Assembly: GCA_020431405.1 (NCBI GenBank)
Contig: JAGQIK010000352.1
Span: 5,316 to 69,315, forward strand
Length of the DNA stretch: 64,000 nt
From: Myxococcales bacterium
GTDB lineage: Bacteria > Myxococcota_A > Polyangia > GCA-2747355
Direction: 5' to 3'
Under the pieces are notes generated by a model, which worked only from the letters and a program-made list of their open reading frames with translations, did not search any database and had not been told where the DNA came from. This document shows positions 19,572 to 28,393 of the stretch, one piece after another (position 1 is the stretch's first letter; each line of letters begins with the position of its first letter). The position numbers and the translations under genes were made by a program.

Positions 19572-20546
19572 CTAGCCGAGCGGGGACTGTCCGGCCACGA
19601 CCAGAATCCAGCGCAGCGCGAGGCCGCCGACGAGCAGCAGCACGGGCGCGACGAGCGCGGCCCTGCGCCGGCGCAGCACCTCGATGCTCTCCAGCGCCAG
19701 CGGCACCACCAGGCCGGCGACGACGACCAGCGCCCAGAAGATCGCCGTGAAGCGGCCGCCAAGAAACAGCGCCGCAGCGCGCTGGCCAGCCTGCGCGCCG
19801 CTGACCAGCCCGACGAAAAGCAGCGCCAGCAGCGCCAGCTCGACGCCGATCGCGATCATGTCCCAGTTGCGCAGCAGCGCGTGCTCGCGATGGGTCAGTG
19901 GCAGCAGCATCGTCAGCGCCGCGCCGGTAGAGAAGCCGGAGACGAGAAAAAGGGGGCCCAGCAGCGACGAGCTCCACAGCGCGCGCGCCCCGAGGGCGCC
20001 GAGCAGCACGCCGGTGTAGGCGCCGAGCGCGACGCCAAGCGCGATGTTGGCCCACGTCAACGTGCGCTGGCGCTGCTGGGCCCAGCTGTGTAGGCCTTCG
20101 AGGATGCGGCGCAGCGCGCCGATACGCAGCTTCGCTGCGAGCCAATCACGCTCGCTCTCGGTCGTCTGTGACAGCCCGAAGAGCAGCGTGGCCGGGTAGA
20201 TCGCCAGCAGGATCCAGGCGCCCCACGACATCGGCGAGCTCAGCTGAAACGTCGTGTAGAAGCGCAGCACGTGGCGCTTGAGGTCGAGGTCGAGCAGCAG
20301 CGCGAACATGCCGAGCCACAGCGCGGCCGGCGCGGCGAGGATCATCAGCCGTCCCCAGGGCGAGCGCTGCGACGTCTCACTCGCGTCGGCGCCGCCGTCG
20401 GCGAAGCGGCGCGCCAGCAGCGCCGAGACGATCATCACGCCCGCGGCGAGGCCGCCGAGAAACAGATAGACGGGGATCTCCCAGTGCCACACGGGCTGGC
20501 CCAGCGCGCTCAGTGGGTTGTGATGCACGCGTACGATCTCGTTCAT
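19572..20546 (-). CDS. NrfD/PsrC-family polysulfide-reductase-type integral membrane anchor
   Basis: MNEIVRVHHNPLSALGQPVWHWEIPVYLFLGGLAAG typical NrfD/PsrC N-terminus; about 8 predicted TM segments; last gene of the arsR-psrAB-yeeE-psrC operon. Confidence 0.7.
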   Translation of the reverse strand: MNEIVRVHHNPLSALGQPVWHWEIPVYLFLGGLAAGVMIVSALLARRFADGGADASETSQRSPWGRLMILAAPAALWLGMFALLLDLDLKRHVLRFYTTFQLSSPMSWGAWILLAIYPATLLFGLSQTTESERDWLAAKLRIGALRRILEGLHSWAQQRQRTLTWANIALGVALGAYTGVLLGALGARALWSSSLLGPLFLVSGFSTGAALTMLLPLTHREHALLRNWDMIAIGVELALLALLFVGLVSGAQAGQRAAALFLGGRFTAIFWALVVVAGLVVPLALESIEVLRRRRAALVAPVLLLVGGLALRWILVVAGQSPLG

Positions 20547-20547
20547 G

Positions 20548-21765
20548 TCAGCACCCTCCGCCCTTCTTCTTTTTGCGCTTGGGCGCGTAGCCTTTGATGC
20601 TCGCCGGCGGCGGCGGCGCGGCCTTGCGGCCTGTCATCGCCGCCACCAGCGCGCTGCGAAAAGTCCACTCCGCGCGCGCCGCGGCGTCTGCGCCGGCAGC
20701 CAGCGCGGCCGGTTTGGTCAGCGCGTAGGCCTTCCAGCCGGCAAACCCGCCGCGCAGGCGCAGCACCTTTCCCGGATAGCGCGTCACTGCCGGCGGCAGC
20801 ACGGCCAGATCGCCGGCGCCGACGAGCACCAGATCGCGCTTGCCGGCGGCGTAGGCCAAGCCCAGCGCGCCGAGCTTCGTCTCGGGCACGCACTCGGCGC
20901 CCGGCACGCGGCGTTTGGCGCACGCCGCGGCGTCGCGCAGGTCGAGCACGCGCAGCGTCCACGGCCGGTCGAGCACGCGGCGCGCCAGCTCGGCTTGCGT
21001 GATGCTGCCGAGCCTGGCCGGCGCGGCCTTGGGGCGCTCCGGGGCGGCGAGCGCGACGAGCCCGAGCACGGCGAAGCCGCCGATGCCGCCGAAGATCAGT
21101 CGCCGCGGCCGAGGCGCCCAGTCGACCTCGAGCGCACGGCTCTGGCCGTCGTCGACGACGCCGCCTTCGCGCCGCCGCCGCGCGAGCACGTGCTCGAGCT
21201 TCTCGGCGCCGATGAACATGCCCACCGCCATCAACGCCACCAGCAGCGCCAGCACCGGCGCCGGGATCGAAAACACGTCGTAGAGGAAGAGGTGCCCCAG
21301 CTCGCTCGACTTGTAGAAGTCGCCCACCAGCGGCCACGCCTCGGCGAAGAGCACCGAGCCGATCACCACGCCGCCGATGGTGAACATGCCGTCGATGCTG
21401 CCCGACGCGGCGGCCACCACCGAGGTGCCCGGGCAGTAGCCCGAGATGATGAAGCCCACACCGAGCAGAAAGCCGCCCAGCGCCATCGGCCAGAGCCAAG
21501 TGAAGCTCGCCGTCTGCTCGGCGAGCGGCCTGAGGTCGATCACGCCGGCGCCGTGCGCGATCATCACGCCCAGCATCGCCGTCACGATCGCCGAGAACAT
21601 CACCTTGAAGACGCGCATGTCGGAGCCGTAGAACTGCGCCGCCAGCTTGTCGGCACGGCCGAAGCCCGCGCGCTCGAGCACGAAGCCGAAGCCAAAGCCG
21701 AGCAGCAGCGCCACCAGCAGGCCGAGCTCGCGATGCTCGGCGAGAAACGTTGCTATCGCGCTCAT
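20548..21765 (-). CDS. YeeE/YedE-family sulfur-transport membrane protein (second half-transporter) fused to C-terminal rhodanese-like domain
   Basis: ATG 21763-21765 overlaps upstream TGA (ATGA); ISGYCPGTS motif (YeeE/YedE signature Cys loop); C-terminal LRVLDLRD...DLVLVGAGD...LRGGFAGWK rhodanese-fold pattern lacking the catalytic Cys; 62 upstream codons of the track ORF rejected. Confidence 0.65.
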   Translation of the reverse strand: MSAIATFLAEHRELGLLVALLLGFGFGFVLERAGFGRADKLAAQFYGSDMRVFKVMFSAIVTAMLGVMIAHGAGVIDLRPLAEQTASFTWLWPMALGGFLLGVGFIISGYCPGTSVVAAASGSIDGMFTIGGVVIGSVLFAEAWPLVGDFYKSSELGHLFLYDVFSIPAPVLALLVALMAVGMFIGAEKLEHVLARRRREGGVVDDGQSRALEVDWAPRPRRLIFGGIGGFAVLGLVALAAPERPKAAPARLGSITQAELARRVLDRPWTLRVLDLRDAAACAKRRVPGAECVPETKLGALGLAYAAGKRDLVLVGAGDLAVLPPAVTRYPGKVLRLRGGFAGWKAYALTKPAALAAGADAAARAEWTFRSALVAAMTGRKAAPPPPASIKGYAPKRKKKKGGGC

Positions 21766-22298
21766 CGCCACTGCCTCCTGACGAAGTACGCCATGGCGTA
21801 GCCGCCGGCGAAGACCGCCAGCATGAAGACCCACGAGCCGGCCGACAGCATCGCGCCGCCCGAAAGGGCCTGCCCCGACGTGCAGCCGCGCGCCAGACGC
21901 GCAGCGATGCCCATCACGATGCCGCCGCCCAGCGCCGCAGCGAGCCGCCACGGCACGGAGATGTTCGGCCCACGGACGATCTTCTTCTTCAGCCGTCCCG
22001 CGCTGTAGGCGGCGACGAGGGCGCCGAGCAGCACGCCGAGCACCTCGAAGACGAGCCAGTTGTCGAGCGGGTGGTGCCCGCCCGCCGAGAGCGTCGCCAT
22101 GTGCGGGTTGCTCGCGACGTGCGCCGGCGCCAGCGCCGACAGCGCCGTCACGCCCACGCGGTTGGCCGCGCCCGACGCGCCCAGCCCGTGCGCCGCGACG
22201 AGCAGGGAGGCGAGCAGCACCAGCCCCAGCGCGACGCCGGCGACGTACGGGTTCCAGAAGCGTTCGGCGCGAGCGGTTGTTTCAGCTTGCTCTGGCAT
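21762..22298 (-). CDS. YeeE/YedE-family sulfur-transport membrane protein (first half-transporter)
   Basis: AGGAGGAAAG RBS 8 nt upstream of ATG 22296-22298; ARGCTSG signature Cys loop; 4-5 TM segments. Confidence 0.7.
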   Translation of the reverse strand: MPEQAETTARAERFWNPYVAGVALGLVLLASLLVAAHGLGASGAANRVGVTALSALAPAHVASNPHMATLSAGGHHPLDNWLVFEVLGVLLGALVAAYSAGRLKKKIVRGPNISVPWRLAAALGGGIVMGIAARLARGCTSGQALSGGAMLSAGSWVFMLAVFAGGYAMAYFVRRQWR

Positions 22299-22311
22299 CA
22301 CCGCTTTCCTC

Positions 22312-22872
22312 CTAGGACAAGAAGAACAGGTGCGGCTCGGTGCCCTGCTCCGGTTTGAGGGTTTCGTGCTGGCGGCGCGCCAGCAGCTTGGCCAGCGAGC
22401 TCTCGGGGTCGCCGAGATCGCCGAAGACGAGAGACTCCGTCGGGCAAACCTCGACGCACGCCGGGTCTTTGCCCTTGGCCACGCGATGCATACAGAAGGT
22501 GCACTTGTCGACGTAGCCTTCGGGCCGCACGAAGCGCGCGCCGTAGGGACACGCCGCGATGCACGCCTTGCAGCCGGTGCACTTGTCGGGGTCGACCTGC
22601 ACCGCGCCGCCTTCGCTGTAGAAGCTGGCGCCCGTCGGGCAGTTGCTCACGCACGGCGCGTCGGCGCAGTGCATGCAGCGCGACGAGACGATGCGCTGCT
22701 TGAGGTCGGGGAAGGCGCCGCGGATCTCGATCTCGACCCAGCAGCGGAAGCCGCCCTCGGGCACGTCGTTTTCGGCTTTGCAGGCGAGCACGCACGCGTT
22801 GCAGCCAACACACTTGCGCATATCCATCGCCATCGCGTAGCGCTTCTTGCGTTTGCGGAGGATGGCGCTCAT
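22312..22872 (-). CDS. 4Fe-4S ferredoxin-type electron-transfer subunit (PsrB/PhsB/DmsB family)
   Basis: Four Cys clusters (CVGCNACVLAC, CMHCADAPCVSNCP, CTGCKACIAACP, CTFCMHRVAKG..CVEVCP); ATGA overlap with catalytic-subunit stop. Confidence 0.85.
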   Translation of the reverse strand: MSAILRKRKKRYAMAMDMRKCVGCNACVLACKAENDVPEGGFRCWVEIEIRGAFPDLKQRIVSSRCMHCADAPCVSNCPTGASFYSEGGAVQVDPDKCTGCKACIAACPYGARFVRPEGYVDKCTFCMHRVAKGKDPACVEVCPTESLVFGDLGDPESSLAKLLARRQHETLKPEQGTEPHLFFLS

Positions 22873-25106
22873 GACCGCACCTCCGCCTTGGCGATGCGAA
22901 CGAAGTTGACGTTCATCCCGGTGCCGCCCATCAACGGGTCGACCTTGACGCGCGTCACCAGGTCGCTGTCGCAGGCGCCGCGCCCGCGCGCGAAGCGCAG
23001 GCCGCGCGCGCTATGGCCAAAGCCGTGCACCATGTAGACGCAGTCGCCGCGTATTCGCTCGGTGACGCGCGCCTTGATCGGCGTCGACTTGATGCCGTCC
23101 TGATTGACGAGCACGACTTTGTCGCCCGTGCGCAGCGGCGGGTCTTCGAACCCTGGCAGCGCGCGCGCCGCGGCGCGGTTGATCCAGACCTCGTTCTCGC
23201 TCATCAGCTCGCCGAGCTGACGGTTGTTCGTCGTGCGGCCGAAGGTGTGCATCGGCGCGCGCCCGGTGAGCAGGCGGAACATCCCTTGCGGCGGCTCTTC
23301 GGGTGACGAGGGCTCGGGCATCGGGTGGAAGCCGAGCTTGGCGAGCTGGTCGCTATAGAGCTCGACCTTCTTGCTCGGCGTGTCGAAGCTCGGCGCCGGC
23401 AGGCCGTCATCACGACACGCCGGCACGCGCTTGCCGAGCACCACGCCGTCGCGCGCCAGCGCGGCGAAGTCGATCTTGGCCGCGGCGGCGCGCCGGCGCA
23501 CCACGTCCTCGCTGCTCTGGTAGTTGAACTGCGCGCCGAGCCCGAGGCGCTCGCCGAGCTGCTTGGCGATCCACCAGCCAGGCTTGCTTTCGTACATCGG
23601 CGGCACCACCTGCTGGCGCAGCGCGACGTAGGGCTCCTTGTAGGCCGGCACGTGCAGGTCGTCGGTGCGCTCGAGGTAGGTCGCCTCGGGCAGCACCACA
23701 TCAGCCCAGCCGACGATCTCGGCCGGCAGCACGTCGATGGCGACGAGCAGGTCGAGCTTCTCGATCGCCGCGCGCGTGTGGCGCGGATCGGGCAGCGCCT
23801 GCATCAGGTTGGTGCCGTAGACCATCCAGCCTTTGATCGGATAGGGCTTCGCCGTGACCGTCGCGTCGCACAGCCCGGAGGCGAGCGCCGCGCCGGCGAG
23901 CGGATGTTTGCCCGGCAGGCGGTCGGCGCGCGGGCGATGCGGCTTGCGCGCGGACTTGGGGTACTTGTCGCCCGGCACCTCCATCGACGTGGGCAGCAAG
24001 TAGCCGCCGCGGCGACCCCACGAGCCGAGCAGCGCCGAGAGGATCGCGACCGCGCGGCTTCTCTGCGCGTCGTCGCCGTACCAGGTGGCGCGCCGTCCGG
24101 GATGCACCAGCGAGGCCGGCCGCTGCGAGGCGATGAAGCGCCCCGACTCGCGGATTAGCTGCGGCGCGATGCCGGTGAGCGGGTAGGCCCACTCGGGCGT
24201 CTTGTCTGCGACGTGCGCTTTGAGCTTGTCGAAGCCGACCGTGTGCTTGGCGACGAAGTCAGCGTCGTAGCGCTGCTCGCTGATGATGACGTTCATCCAG
24301 GCGAGCAGCAGCGCGATGTCGGTGCCCGGTTTGATCGGCAGCCAGTACTTGGCCTTGCCCGCGGCGATGGAAAAGCGCGGGTCGACCACCACCAGATCGG
24401 CGCCGCGCTCGATGGCGCGCGCCATGTCCTGCACCTGGGTGTTGTGCGTGTTCTCGCCGAGGTGCGAGCCGATCAGCGTCAGGCAGCGCGTGTTCTCGAT
24501 GTCCACGGGCTCGGGCGAGCCGACGCCTTGGCCGTAGGTCAGCTCGAAGCCGACCTCGCGCGGACCGCGACACTGCGCGTAGGACGGCGCCGCGATGTTG
24601 GGCGAGCCGAAGCTCTTGAAGAGCCGCTTGAACCACGAGCCGCCGAAGCCGTGATAGAAGAGCGCCAGCGCCTCGGGGCCGTGTGCCTTGCGGATGCGCT
24701 CCATGCCTTCGGCGACGCGGTTGAGCGCGGCGTCCCAGGAGACCGGCTCGAAGCGTTGCTCGCCGCGTTTCGAGACGCGCACCAGCGGCTTCTGCAGTCG
24801 GTCGGGATCGTAGAGCAGGCCCGTGCCGCCGGTGCCGCGCGGACACAGACGCCCGCGCGAGAGCGGATGCTTGGGGTTGCCGACGATCTTGGTCACGCGA
24901 CCGTTCTTGACGTGCGCCAGGACGCCGCACTTCCAGAAGCAGAGCTCGCAGAAGGTCGGCACGACGTTGTCGCCGTCTGTGTCGGGTGTGATCCCCGCGC
25001 TCGCCGTCGCGCCCCACCAATCCGAGACGAGACCGCTCGCCAGAGCGGCCGCGCCAAAGCTACCCGCGGTGATCTTGATGAACTGCCTGCGATCGATGGA
25101 GGACAT
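22869..25106 (-). CDS. molybdopterin (Mo-bisPGD) oxidoreductase catalytic subunit, PsrA/PhsA/TtrA/ArrA clade, Tat-exported
   Basis: Tat signal SIDRRQFIKITAGSFGAAALASG; N-terminal FeS motif CELCFWKCGV...(27)..CPRG; 745 aa; followed by FeS and NrfD subunits. Confidence 0.85.
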   Translation of the reverse strand: MSSIDRRQFIKITAGSFGAAALASGLVSDWWGATASAGITPDTDGDNVVPTFCELCFWKCGVLAHVKNGRVTKIVGNPKHPLSRGRLCPRGTGGTGLLYDPDRLQKPLVRVSKRGEQRFEPVSWDAALNRVAEGMERIRKAHGPEALALFYHGFGGSWFKRLFKSFGSPNIAAPSYAQCRGPREVGFELTYGQGVGSPEPVDIENTRCLTLIGSHLGENTHNTQVQDMARAIERGADLVVVDPRFSIAAGKAKYWLPIKPGTDIALLLAWMNVIISEQRYDADFVAKHTVGFDKLKAHVADKTPEWAYPLTGIAPQLIRESGRFIASQRPASLVHPGRRATWYGDDAQRSRAVAILSALLGSWGRRGGYLLPTSMEVPGDKYPKSARKPHRPRADRLPGKHPLAGAALASGLCDATVTAKPYPIKGWMVYGTNLMQALPDPRHTRAAIEKLDLLVAIDVLPAEIVGWADVVLPEATYLERTDDLHVPAYKEPYVALRQQVVPPMYESKPGWWIAKQLGERLGLGAQFNYQSSEDVVRRRAAAAKIDFAALARDGVVLGKRVPACRDDGLPAPSFDTPSKKVELYSDQLAKLGFHPMPEPSSPEEPPQGMFRLLTGRAPMHTFGRTTNNRQLGELMSENEVWINRAAARALPGFEDPPLRTGDKVVLVNQDGIKSTPIKARVTERIRGDCVYMVHGFGHSARGLRFARGRGACDSDLVTRVKVDPLMGGTGMNVNFVRIAKAEVRS

Positions 25107-25133
25107 ATCTAGAACCTTTCGGGAGTGCGCGCG

Positions 25134-25499
25134 CTAGAGGCGGCAGCCGGCCATGCACCCGACGAGCTCGATCAATCGAGGCTCGTCGATGCGGTACAGC
25201 CCGCGGCCGCCTGTGCGGTCGACGGCGACCAGTCGCTGGGTGCGCAACACGCGTAGCTGCTGCGAGACGATCGCCTGGTTGGCGTCGAGCGCTTCGGCCA
25301 GCGCGTTGACGTGTCGCGGCGCCTGCGCGAGCAGGGCGACGATGCTGATGCGCAGCGGGTGCGCGAGCGCCTTGAGGATCTCGGCGACATGCTCGGCGCG
25401 CGCGCGATCGTCTGCGATCGATGGGTGGGGAGGGTCCGACGACGACGGGGTTTCCGAGGCGGATGTGACGTCGGTGTGAATAACTCGCGATGTAGCCAT
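25134..25499 (-). CDS. ArsR/SmtB-family HTH transcriptional regulator with C-terminal CxxxC
   Basis: GAAGGGA RBS before ATG 25497-25499; HTH block ILKALAHPLRISIVALL...LAEALDANQAIVSQQLRVL; C-terminal GCMAGC Cys pair; 27 bp upstream of psrA-like gene on same strand. Confidence 0.75.
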   Translation of the reverse strand: MATSRVIHTDVTSASETPSSSDPPHPSIADDRARAEHVAEILKALAHPLRISIVALLAQAPRHVNALAEALDANQAIVSQQLRVLRTQRLVAVDRTGGRGLYRIDEPRLIELVGCMAGCRL

Positions 25500-25718
25500 A
25501 ACGCTATATCCCTTCGTCGCGATAAGGCTAGGCAGGGACTGTGCCACTCTGCGAGTGCGAGTAATTTCAGCTATATGGCGGACAGATTGGGATGACAGGC
25601 CGCAGAAGGTGGATCGCTGCGTCCCGACTGGACTGTCAGCTTGGCAGGCTGCGGGTCAGATCGGCGCGATTTCGGCGCGGGGGCGGGAGAGGGTGTGCCA
25701 GCCCAGGGCTGACGGACG

Positions 25719-26636
25719 CTACTCGGCGTTGATGCCGGTCTTGAGGATCTGCCAGCGCATGCCGAGCGCCTGGCTGTTCTGCGGCGACTTGTCGCCGCTG
25801 CGGATCTTGCGGTAGTCCACCGGCGCGACGGCGGTGGTGACGCCGCCGAGGAAGCTGTGATCGGCGATCAGCGAGCCCGGCTGAATCGCCGTGTGCACGT
25901 TCTCGGTCTTGTTCGCCACGGGGTAGTCGGTGGCGCTGGCGATGTCGACGTTGCCGTAGACGATCTCGATCTTGCTGTCCTGCAGCGTCGAGCCGATCTT
26001 GATGCCCGAGATGGGCTCGGTGTGTCCGTACTTCACGCCGCTGCCGTCGCGCGGGATGTGCACCTTCATGCGCGCGTCGCCAGGGCTGAGCTTGAGCAGG
26101 TCTTGCGGCGAGCGCACGTTCTTGACGAGCAGCGCGGGCGACATGTTGTCGATGACGTGCAGGGCGCCGGTCTTCTGGCGCAGAAAACGGATGAACTCTT
26201 CAGGCGAGCGGAAGTCGGCGCTGTCGATCCAGCGCGCGCGCCAACGCGAGCGACCGTCCTCGGTGACGCGCACGTAGACCTTGAAGGGGACGCGCAGGCC
26301 TTGGTTCTTGGCGAAGGTGTGCAGGTTGATCAACGCGAGGTCGGCGCAGTCGGCGACGAGCCCGTCGCGCACGGCGCCCTTGAGGAAGCGCGCCGAGTGC
26401 TCGGCGAACGCTTGCTGCACGAGCTTGACCTTGGCCTTGTCGTTGAACCAGTTGGCGCCACCCGTGGTGAGCGCCCACGGGTGCGACTGCTGCACCTGGC
26501 GGATGCGCTGCGTGCGGCTCAGCTCTTGTGACGTATAGGCCTTCTTGCCGGCGAAGTCTCCGGCGTGGGCGGTGCTCGCCAGCGTGGAGGCGGCGAGGAT
26601 GGCGGTGAGGATGGATATTCTTCGTCGTGATCTCAT
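25719..26636 (-). CDS. secreted hypothetical protein
   Basis: Signal peptide MRSRRRISILTAILAASTLASTAHA; no recognised motif. Confidence 0.55.
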   Translation of the reverse strand: MRSRRRISILTAILAASTLASTAHAGDFAGKKAYTSQELSRTQRIRQVQQSHPWALTTGGANWFNDKAKVKLVQQAFAEHSARFLKGAVRDGLVADCADLALINLHTFAKNQGLRVPFKVYVRVTEDGRSRWRARWIDSADFRSPEEFIRFLRQKTGALHVIDNMSPALLVKNVRSPQDLLKLSPGDARMKVHIPRDGSGVKYGHTEPISGIKIGSTLQDSKIEIVYGNVDIASATDYPVANKTENVHTAIQPGSLIADHSFLGGVTTAVAPVDYRKIRSGDKSPQNSQALGMRWQILKTGINAE

Positions 26637-26791
26637 CGTTGGTTCCCGGCTTGGTGGCGAGCCATGCGGGTTGCAACGGGTGTGCCGCGGCGCGAGTCAC
26701 TGTGGTTTCGGCGCCCTAGGGCGGTCGTCGGGTTGCCCGGAAGCAACTATGGCCAGTGGTTTGTCTAGATTCCGAGGCGGCGTTCGGCCGC

Positions 26792-27877
26792 TCAGGGTGC
26801 GCTGATCGCGCCGTTAGCGGCGATTCGCGGGGCGCGCGCGCCGAAGTCGAGGCGCGATAGGCGGCGCAGCGTGCGCAGCACACGGGCGCTGCGATCGAGG
26901 CGCGGCCCGCCCGGCACGCGCTGACGCACCGGCCGCACGCGCCCGCGCACGAAGCGGCCGTCCTTGCCGAGCGCGACCTCGAGGATCATCGTCCGTCCCA
27001 GCACGCCGCGCACGTTGATGCCGCCGTAGCTGGCGAACGTGCCCAGCGAGTAGGCCACCAGCCGCCCCTTGTAGATCTCGAGGCCGCGCAGCACGTGCGG
27101 CCCGTGGCCGACGACGAGGTCGGCGCCGGCGTCGATCACGGCGTGCGCGAAGGCGCGCACTGCGCCCCGCGACTCGCCGAAGAAGATCTCTTCGCGTCGG
27201 GGCACGCGCTGCGCACGGCGACCTTCGGCGCCGCCGTGAAACGAGACCATCACCAAGTCGGCCTCGCGCGCGGCTTTGCCGATCAGCGCGCGCGCGGCGT
27301 CGAGGTCGCGCAGATCGTTGAGGCCCTTGTAGGTGGCGAAGGCGATCACGGCGAGGCGCACGCCGCGCACCGTCACGTGTGCGACGCTGCCGGTGGGGCC
27401 GCTGTAGCGGACGCCGAGCGCGTGCAGCGTCTTGATGGTGGCGTGGCGGCCGGCGAGGCCGAAGTCGTCGATGTGGTTGTTGGCGAGGCTGAGCACGTCG
27501 AAGCCCGCGGCGGCGAGCAGCTTGCCGTAGCGCGCCGGCATGCGAAACGCCCAGCACGTCTTGCCGCCAGGGCGGCCGTGGTTGCGCTCGAGAATGCCGC
27601 CCGGCGTGCAGCGCGGCTGTTGGCCGCCGTCGAAGAGCGGACCTTCGAGGTTGCCGAACGCGACGTCGGCGGCGCGCAGGATGGGCGCCACTGCTGCGAG
27701 CAGGCGCCGCCCGTCGCGCGGCGGCAGGCGCGCGCGCGGAAAGGTCGAGCCGAGCATCAGATCGCCGACGGCGGCGATGACGAGCGGCCTCTGCTGCTCA
27801 GCAGGCGCGGCGCGCGTGCTCGTGGCGCACGGCGCGAGTGCCGCGACGACGACGATGACGATGACGCGCACGCGCAC
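26792..27877 (-). CDS. CapA-family (poly-gamma-glutamate synthesis-type metallophosphatase) secreted protein
   Basis: GTG start; signal; CapA blocks AAVGDLMLG, GNLEGP, SLANNHIDDFG, VVGHGPHV; 8 nt after upstream lipoprotein stop. Confidence 0.7.
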   Translation of the reverse strand: MRVRVIVIVVVAALAPCATSTRAAPAEQQRPLVIAAVGDLMLGSTFPRARLPPRDGRRLLAAVAPILRAADVAFGNLEGPLFDGGQQPRCTPGGILERNHGRPGGKTCWAFRMPARYGKLLAAAGFDVLSLANNHIDDFGLAGRHATIKTLHALGVRYSGPTGSVAHVTVRGVRLAVIAFATYKGLNDLRDLDAARALIGKAAREADLVMVSFHGGAEGRRAQRVPRREEIFFGESRGAVRAFAHAVIDAGADLVVGHGPHVLRGLEIYKGRLVAYSLGTFASYGGINVRGVLGRTMILEVALGKDGRFVRGRVRPVRQRVPGGPRLDRSARVLRTLRRLSRLDFGARAPRIAANGAISAP

Positions 27878-27885
27878 GCGCGCGA

Positions 27886-28356
27886 CTAGCGCATCTGACG
27901 CGCGTGCAGGACCTTGCCGCCGCTCTCGGTGCTGACGTGACCGGTAAAGCGTGTCGCCGAGTCCGCGATCAGCTTCGCGTCGCGCACGACGCGCACCGTG
28001 CCGTGCACGATGCAGTTGCTGAGCACGACCCTGGCGTCACGCTCGGCGTACAAGCCGCCGCGCACTTCGCAGTTGCTGAGCACGAGCTTGCAGTCGGACT
28101 TGGCCACCACCGCGCCGTACACGACGATGTGGCTGTGAGCCATCTTCTGATCGTCGTCGCAGATCAGGTTCGGTACCATCGCGCGTCCGCTGACGCTCGG
28201 CGCGCCCGGCGGCGGCGCTGGCGCGTTGGGCGGCGGCGCGGGCTGCTCCTGCGCGGCGCGCTGGTTTTCGGGCGGTGGCCCGTAGCCGCCGTAGTATGGC
28301 GAGCAGGCGGCGACGGAGAGCACGAGCAACGCGGCGGCGGCGAGCGTGATCTTCAT
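27886..28356 (-). CDS. lipoprotein, hypothetical
   Basis: AGGA RBS before ATG 28354-28356 giving MKITLAAAALLVLSVAACS lipobox; Pro-rich linker; 30 upstream codons in track rejected. Confidence 0.5.
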   Translation of the reverse strand: MKITLAAAALLVLSVAACSPYYGGYGPPPENQRAAQEQPAPPPNAPAPPPGAPSVSGRAMVPNLICDDDQKMAHSHIVVYGAVVAKSDCKLVLSNCEVRGGLYAERDARVVLSNCIVHGTVRVVRDAKLIADSATRFTGHVSTESGGKVLHARQMR

Positions 28357-28393
28357 GGGCTGAATCCTAGCAGCGTCGCACGCGCGCAGCCCG

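Noticed and set aside
20543-21801. 318-aa minus-strand and 418-aa plus-strand ORFs over the YeeE/rhodanese gene
   Set aside because: Off-frame or antisense; the YeeE frame carries the conserved Cys loops and TM helices.
24213-25112. ORFs overlapping psrA
   Set aside because: Antisense or off-frame to a strongly supported Mo-enzyme gene.
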